Shown piece by piece: positions 14,473 to 22,301 of a DNA stretch of 64,000 nt; positions within the stretch are counted from its first letter, which is position 1, and each line of letters begins with the position of its first letter. The DNA comes from Pyrinomonadaceae bacterium (GTDB lineage Bacteria; Acidobacteriota; Blastocatellia; Pyrinomonadales; Pyrinomonadaceae): positions 21,141 to 85,140 of the forward strand of contig JBHENX010000067.1 in NCBI GenBank assembly GCA_046261855.1. The letters run 5' to 3'. Made by a program: the position numbers and the translations under genes. The notes below the pieces were generated by a model. The model saw nothing but the letters and a program-made list of their open reading frames with translations, did no database searches and was not told the DNA's origin.

Positions 14473-15174
14473 TTACGAATTCCTTGAACTGTCCTGTCGG
14501 ACTCGTTTTCCATTGCGTTTTGCAGCCGGGGTTGCGATTCCGTTTAAGAGAATGTCAGTGAAGTGCTTCGCGGCCGCTTCGTTGGAAATGTTGAGCAGCC
14601 CGCGTTTCGGATCCCACAGGTTGTTGTTGAGCGAGTGGTGCATCACCATGCCGATGAAACAACGCACCACGATTGCCGGATCCATTTCCAGCAGCGCTCC
14701 TTCTCGTTGTCGTTGGCGAATGTAAGTGCCGAGAAACTCGTAAACCTTGCGCACGAAGTTGTCGAAGAACATCTGCGCGAGCTTGTGTTTCTCGAGCGCC
14801 GAATAAAGGAGCAGACGCTGGAACTCCGGGTCGTCGTCGTGATGATTCAAAGCACCGAGCGCGAGCGACTCAAACACGCCGCGATCGTCCTTTCGCTCGA
14901 TCGCCTCGGCGGCCATGACCTCGGGTTCAAAAGACCCGCCGCCGGCGCAGGCTTTGTGATCAAGAATGGCGGCGTAGAGTTCTTCCTTGGTGGCGAAGTG
15001 GCGGAAGACCATGGCTTCAGAGACGCCCGCTGCCTGGGCGATCTCCTTGGTGGTGGTGCCGCGGAAGCCACGGTTGGAGAAGAGACTAACGGCGACGTGG
15101 ACGATTTGGTCACGGCGTTCTTCTCCGGCCATTCGGGTATTGGGAACAAACGAAGTATCGGTGGGGGTGCTCAT
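14473..15174 (-). CDS. TetR/AcrR family transcriptional regulator
   Basis: 233 aa. The N-terminal HTH reads RDQIVHVAVSLFSNRGFRGTTTKEIAQAAGVSEAMVFRHFATKEELY. It is the first gene of the efflux operon. Confidence 0.85.
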   Translation of the reverse strand: MSTPTDTSFVPNTRMAGEERRDQIVHVAVSLFSNRGFRGTTTKEIAQAAGVSEAMVFRHFATKEELYAAILDHKACAGGGSFEPEVMAAEAIERKDDRGVFESLALGALNHHDDDPEFQRLLLYSALEKHKLAQMFFDNFVRKVYEFLGTYIRQRQREGALLEMDPAIVVRCFIGMVMHHSLNNNLWDPKRGLLNISNEAAAKHFTDILLNGIATPAAKRNGKRVRQDSSRNS

Positions 15175-15217
15175 CTCTAACTCAACTTCCTCAGGGTTTA
15201 CTCTTCTGCGCTTCTCA

Positions 15218-15233
15218 AAGTAAGTACTTACTT
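15218..15233. promoter_or_regulatory. Perfect 16-bp palindrome, candidate TetR operator
   Basis: AAGTAAGTACTTACTT is its own reverse complement. It lies 44 bp upstream of the tetR start, in the divergent intergenic region. Confidence 0.4.
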
Positions 15234-15429
15234 ACCATCAGCTAAGAGGCCGTGTCAAGACTCGACGTTGCTTCACCGTGAACGCATTGTATTGATCTCG
15301 TTCTCACCTCGAGCCCTGCGTACACATTCGCAACAAGCAGCCGCGCGTTTGTACGGAAAACACGTCGGCACAAATCTTGCTCCATTTATGCAGCTACCCA
15401 ATTCGAATCCAGCGTAAGGAGAGACTCAT

Positions 15430-15912
15430 ATGCCTGAGAACGGAATCAACGAAGGTACAAGCGGAACAACTGGATCTAAAGGTACAAGCGGAACAACTGG
15501 ATCTACTGGCGCCGGTGGAAATCGACCCGGCACGACGGGAACAGCGGGAACGACCGGCACTACGGGAACACCCGGAATTGGCGGAACAACCGGCTCCGTG
15601 GGAACAACAGGATCGATTGGAACAACCGGATCATCCGGCGGCGCAACCGGCGCCGGCACGGCCACTGCTCTATCACAAACAGCTCAAGAATACGGACAAC
15701 GAATATCGGAAGTCGCGACCCAGGCGAAAGACTACGTCAGCGACAAAGTGTCTGTTGTTGGCGACAAAATCAAAGACTTGCAGAACGCCGATCTCGGCGA
15801 GCTCGCTGAAAACGCAAAAGATTATGCACGCAAGAACCCGGGACAGGCGCTGTTGATCTCGGCGGGTGTCGGACTGTTGCTCGGCTTGGTCTTGCGCGGC
15901 AGCAGGCGCTAG
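15430..15912 (+). CDS. ElaB/YqjD/DUF883-like tail-anchored protein with an N-terminal Gly-Thr collagen-like repeat
   Basis: 160 aa. Residues 10 to about 77 are [22 protein letters not shown]...[14 protein letters not shown]. The C-terminal half reads [20 protein letters not shown]...[30 protein letters not shown], which is DUF883-like with a terminal TM anchor. Confidence 0.65.
   Translation: MPENGINEGTSGTTGSKGTSGTTGSTGAGGNRPGTTGTAGTTGTTGTPGIGGTTGSVGTTGSIGTTGSSGGATGAGTATALSQTAQEYGQRISEVATQAKDYVSDKVSVVGDKIKDLQNADLGELAENAKDYARKNPGQALLISAGVGLLLGLVLRGSRR
15454..15507 (+). repeat. Tandem 27-bp direct repeat inside the Gly-Thr region
   Basis: GGTACAAGCGGAACAACTGGATCTAAA (15454-15480) is followed directly by GGTACAAGCGGAACAACTGGATCTACT (15481-15507). 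The two units match at 25 of 27 positions. Confidence 0.85.
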
Positions 15913-15948
15913 TCATATTTATCGAGTAGCGAACGGGGGAAAACCGAA

Positions 15949-16422
15949 ATGGCGGCAACAAATCGAAGTTTGGCGAAAGCTGACGACGCAGCAATAGCTC
16001 GTGACGGAGCAATAGCTCGTAACGACGAGAGTCTTCCGAATCTTCTCAGTCGTTTGGGCGACGACGTGATGCAGTTGATCAACTCGCAGCTCGCGTTGTT
16101 CAAGGTGGAAGTCAAGGAAGAAGCGAGCGCCTACGCGCGCACCGCGGCGTTCATCGCGGTGGGCGGCGTGGTGGCGGCGATAGGCTTCGCACTTGTGAAC
16201 GTGGCCATCGCTTTCGGAGTCTCGACCTTGTTTACCAGAGCGAATTTCAGCCAGCCGGCGAGCTATGCGCTCGGTTTCGTCGTAACTGGTCTTTTTTATG
16301 TGCTCGTCGGCGGGATCGTAGTGCTGGCAATGAAGAACCGGTTGGGCAAACAGCAACTGGTCCCTCCAATGACAGCGCAAGAGCTGAGAAAGGATAAGCA
16401 ATGGCTGAAGAGCGAACTTTAG
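15949..16422 (+). CDS. Holin-X/YqjE-like (DUF1469-type) two-TM membrane protein
   Basis: 157 aa. It reads LLSRLGDDVMQLINSQLALFKVEVKEEA, followed by two hydrophobic helices. Its position after a YqjD-like gene mirrors the yqjD-yqjE arrangement. Confidence 0.6.
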   Translation: MAATNRSLAKADDAAIARDGAIARNDESLPNLLSRLGDDVMQLINSQLALFKVEVKEEASAYARTAAFIAVGGVVAAIGFALVNVAIAFGVSTLFTRANFSQPASYALGFVVTGLFYVLVGGIVVLAMKNRLGKQQLVPPMTAQELRKDKQWLKSEL

Positions 16423-17132
16423 GACTGGCTCGAGCACAAGAGCAGACGGCCGAAGAGCCTTCCAAACAGGAACTTCAGCGCCGCCTGGACGAAGCTCGGG
16501 ATTCAATCTCACATACGGTGACGGAGATAAAAGAATCAGTGGCAAGTCAGGTACAGGCAGTAAAAGAATCACTCGATTGGCGGGAGCAGTTTAGGAAACG
16601 TCCCGTCGCCTGGAGCGCTGGAGCAATGGGGGTTGGCTTCCTTGTCGGGTACGGTCTCGCGGCGATGGCGAAGGGAGACGGCGACGAACACACTTCCGCC
16701 TATTCTTCTGGAATAGATCGCTACTACGCAGGCGAGTATGGCGACGCGTCGAAGAGCTATTCAGCTCAACCGATTCTGCGTGCCAGCAGCACCTCGACCG
16801 AGTCGTACAAAGAGGGCAACGGAACACAAGACGAAGGACCGGGCTTTTTTGAAAAACTCACGTCAACGCCGGCGTATAACAAGGTGAAACACGAGGCCGC
16901 TAACATCGGTGACGCCGTGATGCACGAAATCTCGAATACGGCGAAGACGGTCGTAATGCCCGCGCTGATGACGTCGCTGCGCAACTTTATCGGCGGGTAT
17001 TTACCAAGCGCACAAACAACTGGTGGAACACAATCATCGCAAAGCTCCTCGAGTATGAGGGCCGAAACGGATCGGGCGCGTTCCGGAACGGGATCTACTT
17101 ACCAACCCGCACTGGAACGAGATCAATTTTAG
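16401..17132 (+). CDS. DUF3618-like membrane protein, third gene of the stress cluster
   Basis: 243 aa. The N-terminus is a charged helix (ELQRRLDEARDSISHTVTEIKESV). One TM segment follows (PVAWSAGAMGVGFLVGYGLA), then a low-complexity tail. Confidence 0.5.
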   Translation: MAEERTLGLARAQEQTAEEPSKQELQRRLDEARDSISHTVTEIKESVASQVQAVKESLDWREQFRKRPVAWSAGAMGVGFLVGYGLAAMAKGDGDEHTSAYSSGIDRYYAGEYGDASKSYSAQPILRASSTSTESYKEGNGTQDEGPGFFEKLTSTPAYNKVKHEAANIGDAVMHEISNTAKTVVMPALMTSLRNFIGGYLPSAQTTGGTQSSQSSSSMRAETDRARSGTGSTYQPALERDQF

Positions 17133-17213
17133 TGGAACGTAAGGTCAGTGGAACGTAAACGCAAGGTTAGTGGAACGTTAGCTTCATGGGAACGTGTTAG
17201 GTTAGTGGAAACG
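17111..17213 (+). repeat. Irregularly spaced array of about 6 copies of an AGTGGAACGT motif
   Basis: Copies lie at 17111 (ACTGGAACGA), 17131, 17147 and 17169 (all AGTGGAACGT), 17186 (ATGGGAACGT) and 17204 (AGTGGAAACG). Spacing is 16-22 bp. The array straddles the stop codon at 17132. Confidence 0.6.
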
Positions 17214-17267
17214 CACTCCAGATAGCTGGACGCAAGGCAAGTTAGTTGACTTAAGCGAAACTCTTTC

Positions 17268-17304
17268 GGCGCGAGTCTTTCTCCGAGGCTCGCGCCTCTT
17301 TTTA
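17268..17304 (+). terminator. Rho-independent terminator candidate
   Basis: GGCGCGAG (17268-17275) pairs with CTCGCGCC (17289-17296) across a 13-nt loop. TCTTTTTA follows the stem. Confidence 0.5.
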
Positions 17305-17401
17305 TCTCCACTTTTTCGTATCCCGCCATTGACTTGCCGTCGTTCCGTCCCTAGACTCACGCCGTCTTCCTCGTTCGCCAGCCCAGCACATAAGAGGGAA
17401 T

Positions 17402-18625
17402 ATGCACGCTCCAATTCAGCGCCGGACCCTTACGTCGACTGTTGTTCTGCTACTCGCGGTTTGCTTCTCTTCTGCATTGGCTGCACAACAACAAGCAGAT
17501 CCGGAGCGCGCGCGTGCTTTCAAACTTTACGAGGACGCCCAATACACCGAAGCTCTGCCCGTCTTTGAAAAACTCGTTGCGAAGTATCCCGAGGATCGCG
17601 ATGTAATCATGACTTACGGGTTTCTCGTTCTCGGCCAGACGGCTTACCAAAAGGACGCAACCGCGCGGAAGGAAGCGCGACGCCGCGGACGCGAACTGCT
17701 GGTGAAGGCGCAGCAGCTCGGCGCTAACGATCAGCTCTTGAAGTCGATGCTCGAAGCCGTTCCACCGGACGGCGGTGACGACGCGAAACTCTCGACGAAG
17801 AAAGAAGCTGAAGAAGCAATGCGCGAAGGCGAGGCGGCGTTCGCGAAAAAAGATTTTCCGAAAGCGATCGAGATGTACCGGCGTGCGCTGGTTCTCGATC
17901 CACAGCTTTACGAGGCCGCGCTCTTCACGGGCGATTGCTACTACGCGACGGCGGATCAGAGGAAAGCCGGCGAGTGGTTCGCGCGCGCTGCTGCGATCAA
18001 TCCCGATCGCGAAACCGCTTACCGGTACTGGGGCGACGCGTTGATGAAGCAGGGTCGCATCACTGAGGCGGGTGACAAGTTTGTCGAAGCTTACCTGGCC
18101 GAGCCGTACAGTCGCATGTCGCGCTCGGCGTTTCTGAACTGGGGCGAGCGCGTCAATATCATGCTCAATCATCCGCGCGTCGAGATTCCGACGAACGTCA
18201 CGTCGCAAAAGGAAGGCGAGGTCACGATCAATCTCGACCCGAACGCTTTAAAGAAGGACGACAAGAGTGGCGCAGGCGCCGCGTGGATCACTTACGGTCT
18301 GATTCGCGGCACCTGGAGATCGACGGAGTTTGCGAAGCAGTATCCCAACGAGAAGCAATATCGCCACAGCTTGAAAGAAGAAGCAGCCGCGTTGCGCACC
18401 GCTTTGAGAGTGTTCTCCGAAGACAAAACGAAGAAGGCCCAGAACGCTGATCCATCGTTGACGCTGTTAGCGAAGCTCGATAAGGAAGGACTACTCGAGT
18501 CGTTCATTCTGCTCGCGCTGCCGGACGCCGGCATCGCTCAGGATTACGCCGCCTACCGCCGCACAAACCTCGAAGATTTGCGTCGGTACGTGAAGCAATA
18601 CGTGCTCACGGGTGGCGGGCAATAA
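17402..18625 (+). CDS. Secreted TPR-repeat protein
   Basis: 407 aa. The signal peptide ends LLLAVCFSSALAAQ. TPR-like segments are present (AIEMYRRALVLDPQLYEAALFTGDCYY, AYRYWGDALMKQGRITEA). Confidence 0.7.
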   Translation: MHAPIQRRTLTSTVVLLLAVCFSSALAAQQQADPERARAFKLYEDAQYTEALPVFEKLVAKYPEDRDVIMTYGFLVLGQTAYQKDATARKEARRRGRELLVKAQQLGANDQLLKSMLEAVPPDGGDDAKLSTKKEAEEAMREGEAAFAKKDFPKAIEMYRRALVLDPQLYEAALFTGDCYYATADQRKAGEWFARAAAINPDRETAYRYWGDALMKQGRITEAGDKFVEAYLAEPYSRMSRSAFLNWGERVNIMLNHPRVEIPTNVTSQKEGEVTINLDPNALKKDDKSGAGAAWITYGLIRGTWRSTEFAKQYPNEKQYRHSLKEEAAALRTALRVFSEDKTKKAQNADPSLTLLAKLDKEGLLESFILLALPDAGIAQDYAAYRRTNLEDLRRYVKQYVLTGGGQ

Positions 18626-18788
18626 CTATTCTCAAACGCGCGATGATGGTGTAAGATCGCGCAGCGTTAGTCCTCCCGTCGGAATCCCAGAACAAAAAGA
18701 ACGAGTGCGGTCCCCCAACGACTGTAGCTTGAGTTATCGCCCGCTCGAGCCATTGCGTCCGCCAAACTGCAAGAGGTAGGACCAAGCT

Positions 18789-19931
18789 GTGGACGATAGC
18801 AACCAGCCTGCTACCGGTCAGCGTGGCAGTGTGGGCGAGTTCAACTCTGCGGAATGCTTCGTTAAAGCATTTCACGCCAATCCGTACGTGCAAACTCTCA
18901 CCACGTTTGACACTGGGCGTTATCTCTACGTCAACGATCGTTTTGTAAAAACCGTCGGCTACGCTCGCGAAGAAGTCATCGGCAGGACTTCGATCGAGCT
19001 GGGCCTGATGGTAGATCGCACGTGGCTCAAGCAGGTACTCAGCCAACGCGGTCGAATCACTCGCAGACAACTTCAGTTCCGTCTTCGCTCCGGCGACGTC
19101 CGCGTTGGACTGTTCAATGCGGAGGTGATCCGTCTCGACAGCGAAGATTTAATTCTTTCGACCGTTTCAGATATCACCGAACAGGTCGCGGCCGAACATA
19201 GGTACCAATTGCAAAACAAGCGCGTAGCTCTCGTGGAAGAGTTAGCGGCTGCGCTCGCGCACGAAGTACGGAATCCGCTTGCCGGGATCAAAGGCGTGGC
19301 CGACGCATTTCTCAAACGCAGAAAACTTACGGAGCAGGAACGCGAATGGATGGAAGCTGTTTGCAACGAGGTGTTGAAGATCGATGCACGGTTGCGGGAA
19401 TTGCTGGATCTCACGCAGCCGCGGGTGCACAACATCGCGCGATGCTCACTTAGCAAGCTGATCAAAGGAGTGGTCCTGCTTGCGGGCCATCACGCTAATT
19501 CTCTTCCCGATCGCGACGTCGTGGTGGAGTTCGTTGACGAAACGATTGGCGAACCTATCGAGATGGTGCTCGACCCGGCGCAGATCGAAGACACAGTACT
19601 CAATCTTGTGCTCAATGGAATTGAATCGATCGAGGAGAGCGGGCGGGTAACGGTGCGACTCAGCCGTCACTCAAACGACAACGGTGAAGAGGTAGCAGTA
19701 ATCACGGTGAGTGATACGGGCTGCGGCATTGATGAAGCGGATCGTCAGCGCATTTTCGATTCCTTCTTCACCACGAAACCCGACGGTACGGGCATCGGAC
19801 TGGCCACCGTCAAACGAACGGTCGAAGCTTTCAGCGGCCACATCACTGTCGACACTTGCGGCGAACGCGGTTCAACGTTTGAACTCTCGTTGCCGCTTAC
19901 CTCGACTCATCTCGACACGCATGAACGCTAA
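18789..19931 (+). CDS. PAS-domain sensor histidine kinase (cytoplasmic)
   Basis: 380 aa with a GTG start. An N-terminal PAS-like region is followed by the H-box LAAALAHEVRNPLAGIKG, then VLNGIES, SDTGCGI and GTGIGLATV ATPase boxes. Confidence 0.8.
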   Translation: MDDSNQPATGQRGSVGEFNSAECFVKAFHANPYVQTLTTFDTGRYLYVNDRFVKTVGYAREEVIGRTSIELGLMVDRTWLKQVLSQRGRITRRQLQFRLRSGDVRVGLFNAEVIRLDSEDLILSTVSDITEQVAAEHRYQLQNKRVALVEELAAALAHEVRNPLAGIKGVADAFLKRRKLTEQEREWMEAVCNEVLKIDARLRELLDLTQPRVHNIARCSLSKLIKGVVLLAGHHANSLPDRDVVVEFVDETIGEPIEMVLDPAQIEDTVLNLVLNGIESIEESGRVTVRLSRHSNDNGEEVAVITVSDTGCGIDEADRQRIFDSFFTTKPDGTGIGLATVKRTVEAFSGHITVDTCGERGSTFELSLPLTSTHLDTHER

Positions 19932-21258
19932 TCGATCGTTTCGCCGTCCCATTTTACTCGCCAGCGAGCGATACAAGCGCCGGCGCAGGCCACTCAGAGA
20001 CTTCGAAGAGGCGGCCGCTTTCCCACGTGAAGTCGGATCAACGACACCAGTTGTTCTCGTAGCAGACGACGATCCCGTGATTCGTTCCACACTTGCAGAA
20101 GCCGTGCGCGATTGGGGCTACGACTCACGTCAGGCGGCAACGCTCGCTGAAGCCCTGGCGCTCGTCAGTCACGATCGGCCTGCGGCAGTGCTGCTCGATG
20201 TGAAAATGCCGGACGGTTCTGGTCTCGAGATCGTTGACGAGCTGAAGACGCGCTCGCCAGACACTGTGATCATCATCATGACGGGCTACGTAACTCCCAG
20301 CAGCGCTTTCGAAGCAGGACTGCGGCAGGCACACGGTTTTCTCGCCAAGCCCCTCGACGAAACAGACGTCCGCAACATGCTCGAGCAGGCGCTCGCGGGG
20401 ATGCGCGTGGCAAAGTCGCGAAAGGAGGATTCGAGTAGTGTTCGCGACTCAAAACGCCCCAGCGGCGAGACAAAGCGCGGGCGCCGTCAACATCACACAA
20501 ACGCGCCGCTTGGCAACTTGATTCTCGAAGCAATGAACGTGCTGGGACTCACTTATAAAGGGATTGTCGCGGAAAGCGAGCGTCTTGCAAGGCTTCACAA
20601 CAACACCGACATGCGGATCGGAAAATCGACGTTGGGCAACATCATCAGTGGAACCATTCGCCAACCAGGTACCGCAAAACTCGACGCGTTACGAATCATT
20701 CTTAATCTCTCGCGCGAGCAGATGGACGAGGCGCTCGGTCTTCAACCCGAACGGCGTTTTGCCGAACAGCTCGAACTGAGTCGCACGCGTACTCATGAAG
20801 TGAGTTTCGAAACGGTCACGCGACACCGCCAGGTCAAAATTCCGATTCCGCTTGATGATGCGAATCTCCATGAGTCGCAGTTACTCGAAGGAACTGTGAA
20901 GCGTTGGACCACAATCGAGGTCGAATATCTCAGTCCGTTCTTCCCGCCGCACTACTGCTACGTGGTGGTGGGCGAAGATGACACCAACGCCGCGCCGGTG
21001 GCGCCGCCCGGCAGCCGCCTTTTAGTAAACAAACTTTTGACTCGGATTCGTCCGGCTGAAAACCTGAGTTCTCACGAACGCGAACTCTTTTTCCTGATGA
21101 CGCCGCATGGCTTCACTTGCGCATATCTCGAACACGCACCGGGCGACAAGATCGTTTTAGTTCCGCATCCGTTGTCGCAAAACGTACGCGAGGAGTTTCG
21201 CCGCACTGAGATAAAGATCATCGGACAAGTTGTCGGCGTCCTCTATCCACCGCGGTGA
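19921..21258 (+). CDS. Response regulator receiver fused to an XRE-like HTH and a degenerate LexA/S24-like C-terminal domain
   Basis: The ATG at 19921 overlaps the kinase stop. The REC domain reads VVLVADDDPVIRS...LLDVKMPDGSG...IIIMTGY...AKP. The HTH-like region reads IGKSTLGNIISGTIRQPGTAKLDALRIILNL. The C-terminal domain PPGSRLLVN...IIGQVVGVLY is paralogous to those in 21538-22299 and 38296-38769. Confidence 0.7.
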   Translation: MNANRSFRRPILLASERYKRRRRPLRDFEEAAAFPREVGSTTPVVLVADDDPVIRSTLAEAVRDWGYDSRQAATLAEALALVSHDRPAAVLLDVKMPDGSGLEIVDELKTRSPDTVIIIMTGYVTPSSAFEAGLRQAHGFLAKPLDETDVRNMLEQALAGMRVAKSRKEDSSSVRDSKRPSGETKRGRRQHHTNAPLGNLILEAMNVLGLTYKGIVAESERLARLHNNTDMRIGKSTLGNIISGTIRQPGTAKLDALRIILNLSREQMDEALGLQPERRFAEQLELSRTRTHEVSFETVTRHRQVKIPIPLDDANLHESQLLEGTVKRWTTIEVEYLSPFFPPHYCYVVVGEDDTNAAPVAPPGSRLLVNKLLTRIRPAENLSSHERELFFLMTPHGFTCAYLEHAPGDKIVLVPHPLSQNVREEFRRTEIKIIGQVVGVLYPPR

Positions 21259-21537
21259 GTTTTCCGTGATCCTGAACATTACGTTTTCTGTTTTCGTCTT
21301 TATTTACCGGCCCAACGGCGATATCCTCGCAACCTTTCACGTGTATTGCGTCTCTTCCGCTACGGTGCTCGGGTCCGGCAATGTCGTAGAAGCCCTTAAA
21401 AGTACGGGTGTTTGGGGTCGAGATCCCAAACAAATCTAATTAGTGCTAGCCAGTAGCTAATTACCTCCGTAAGATGCGCGCCGCTCAACCTCCCAATTCA
21501 ACTCCCTAACTCAGCCCGAGCGACCGCGAGGGACACT

Positions 21538-22299
21538 GTGGCGGCGGGACAACAGCTCAAACTCTTTCGCAACAAACGCAATATCACGGTTCGCGAAGTC
21601 GAACAGGCAAGTCGCAGAATCGCTGAAGCGAAAGCTGATCGGCGGTACCAGATCTCTAACGGCTGGTTGGCCCAACTGGAGAATGGCGTGTCCGAGCCGA
21701 GCATCTTTAAGTTCTTCACTCTTGCGGCGACGTATCGCGTCAAACTTTGGGAGCTGCTGCGTGTCTACGGCGTTGACATCAACGAGCAGCAAGAATACGA
21801 AGCGATAGCAAATCCGCAATTGACGCAATTACTTTCGCAGAAGAGCGTCAGTAAGTGGGCGCTTGACCGTGCGACATCCGGCGACGCAACCACATTGGTT
21901 CTGGATCTCGCACGGAAACACGCCGCGCCGCCGGACGGCTCGCCTAATAACGGCGACGCGAAGGTTACCTACGGCTATCTCGGTCTGAAGGATTTGACGA
22001 TGTATCCGCTCATCAGGCCCGGTTCGCTGCTTGAGATCGACACGCATCAGAACCGGCTGCAAACGCCTTCCTGGCATAACGAGTTTGAGCGGCCGATCTA
22101 TTTTGTCGAGTTGCGCGAGGGCTACGCCTGCGGTTGGTGCGAGCTGCAAGGCAATCAACTGCTAATCATTCCGCACCACTCGTCGACGGCGAAGGTGCGC
22201 CGGTTCACCTTTCCGCGTGAGGCGGAGATTGTCGGACGCGTTGTCAGTTACTACACGCGCTGTGTAGATCATGAGCGTGAGAAATCAACAAGGGCCTGA
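21538..22299 (+). CDS. XRE-family HTH regulator with a degenerate S24-like C-terminal domain
   Basis: 253 aa with a GTG start. The HTH reads LKLFRNKRNITVREVEQAS...ISNGWLAQLENG. The C-terminal domain reads DLTMYPLIRPGSLLEIDTH...FERPIYFVELREGYACGWCEL...IVGRVVSYY. Its stop lies 2 nt before the ABC transporter start. Confidence 0.65.
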   Translation: MAAGQQLKLFRNKRNITVREVEQASRRIAEAKADRRYQISNGWLAQLENGVSEPSIFKFFTLAATYRVKLWELLRVYGVDINEQQEYEAIANPQLTQLLSQKSVSKWALDRATSGDATTLVLDLARKHAAPPDGSPNNGDAKVTYGYLGLKDLTMYPLIRPGSLLEIDTHQNRLQTPSWHNEFERPIYFVELREGYACGWCELQGNQLLIIPHHSSTAKVRRFTFPREAEIVGRVVSYYTRCVDHEREKSTRA

Positions 22300-22301
22300 C
22301 G

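Noticed and set aside
15426-15665. 79-aa minus-strand ORF encoding PVVP repeats
   Set aside because: It is the mirror image of the Gly-Thr repeat. The plus-strand reading continues into a recognisable DUF883 domain with a TM anchor and has an SD.
17111-17213. Possible CRISPR array
   Set aside because: The repeat units are only about 10 bp, the spacing is irregular (16-22 bp), and no cas genes are nearby. It is reported as a motif array instead.
19711-19920. 70-codon upstream extension of the REC-HTH regulator ORF
   Set aside because: The extension overlaps the histidine kinase coding frame. The ATG at 19921 overlaps the kinase stop, an operon-typical arrangement.
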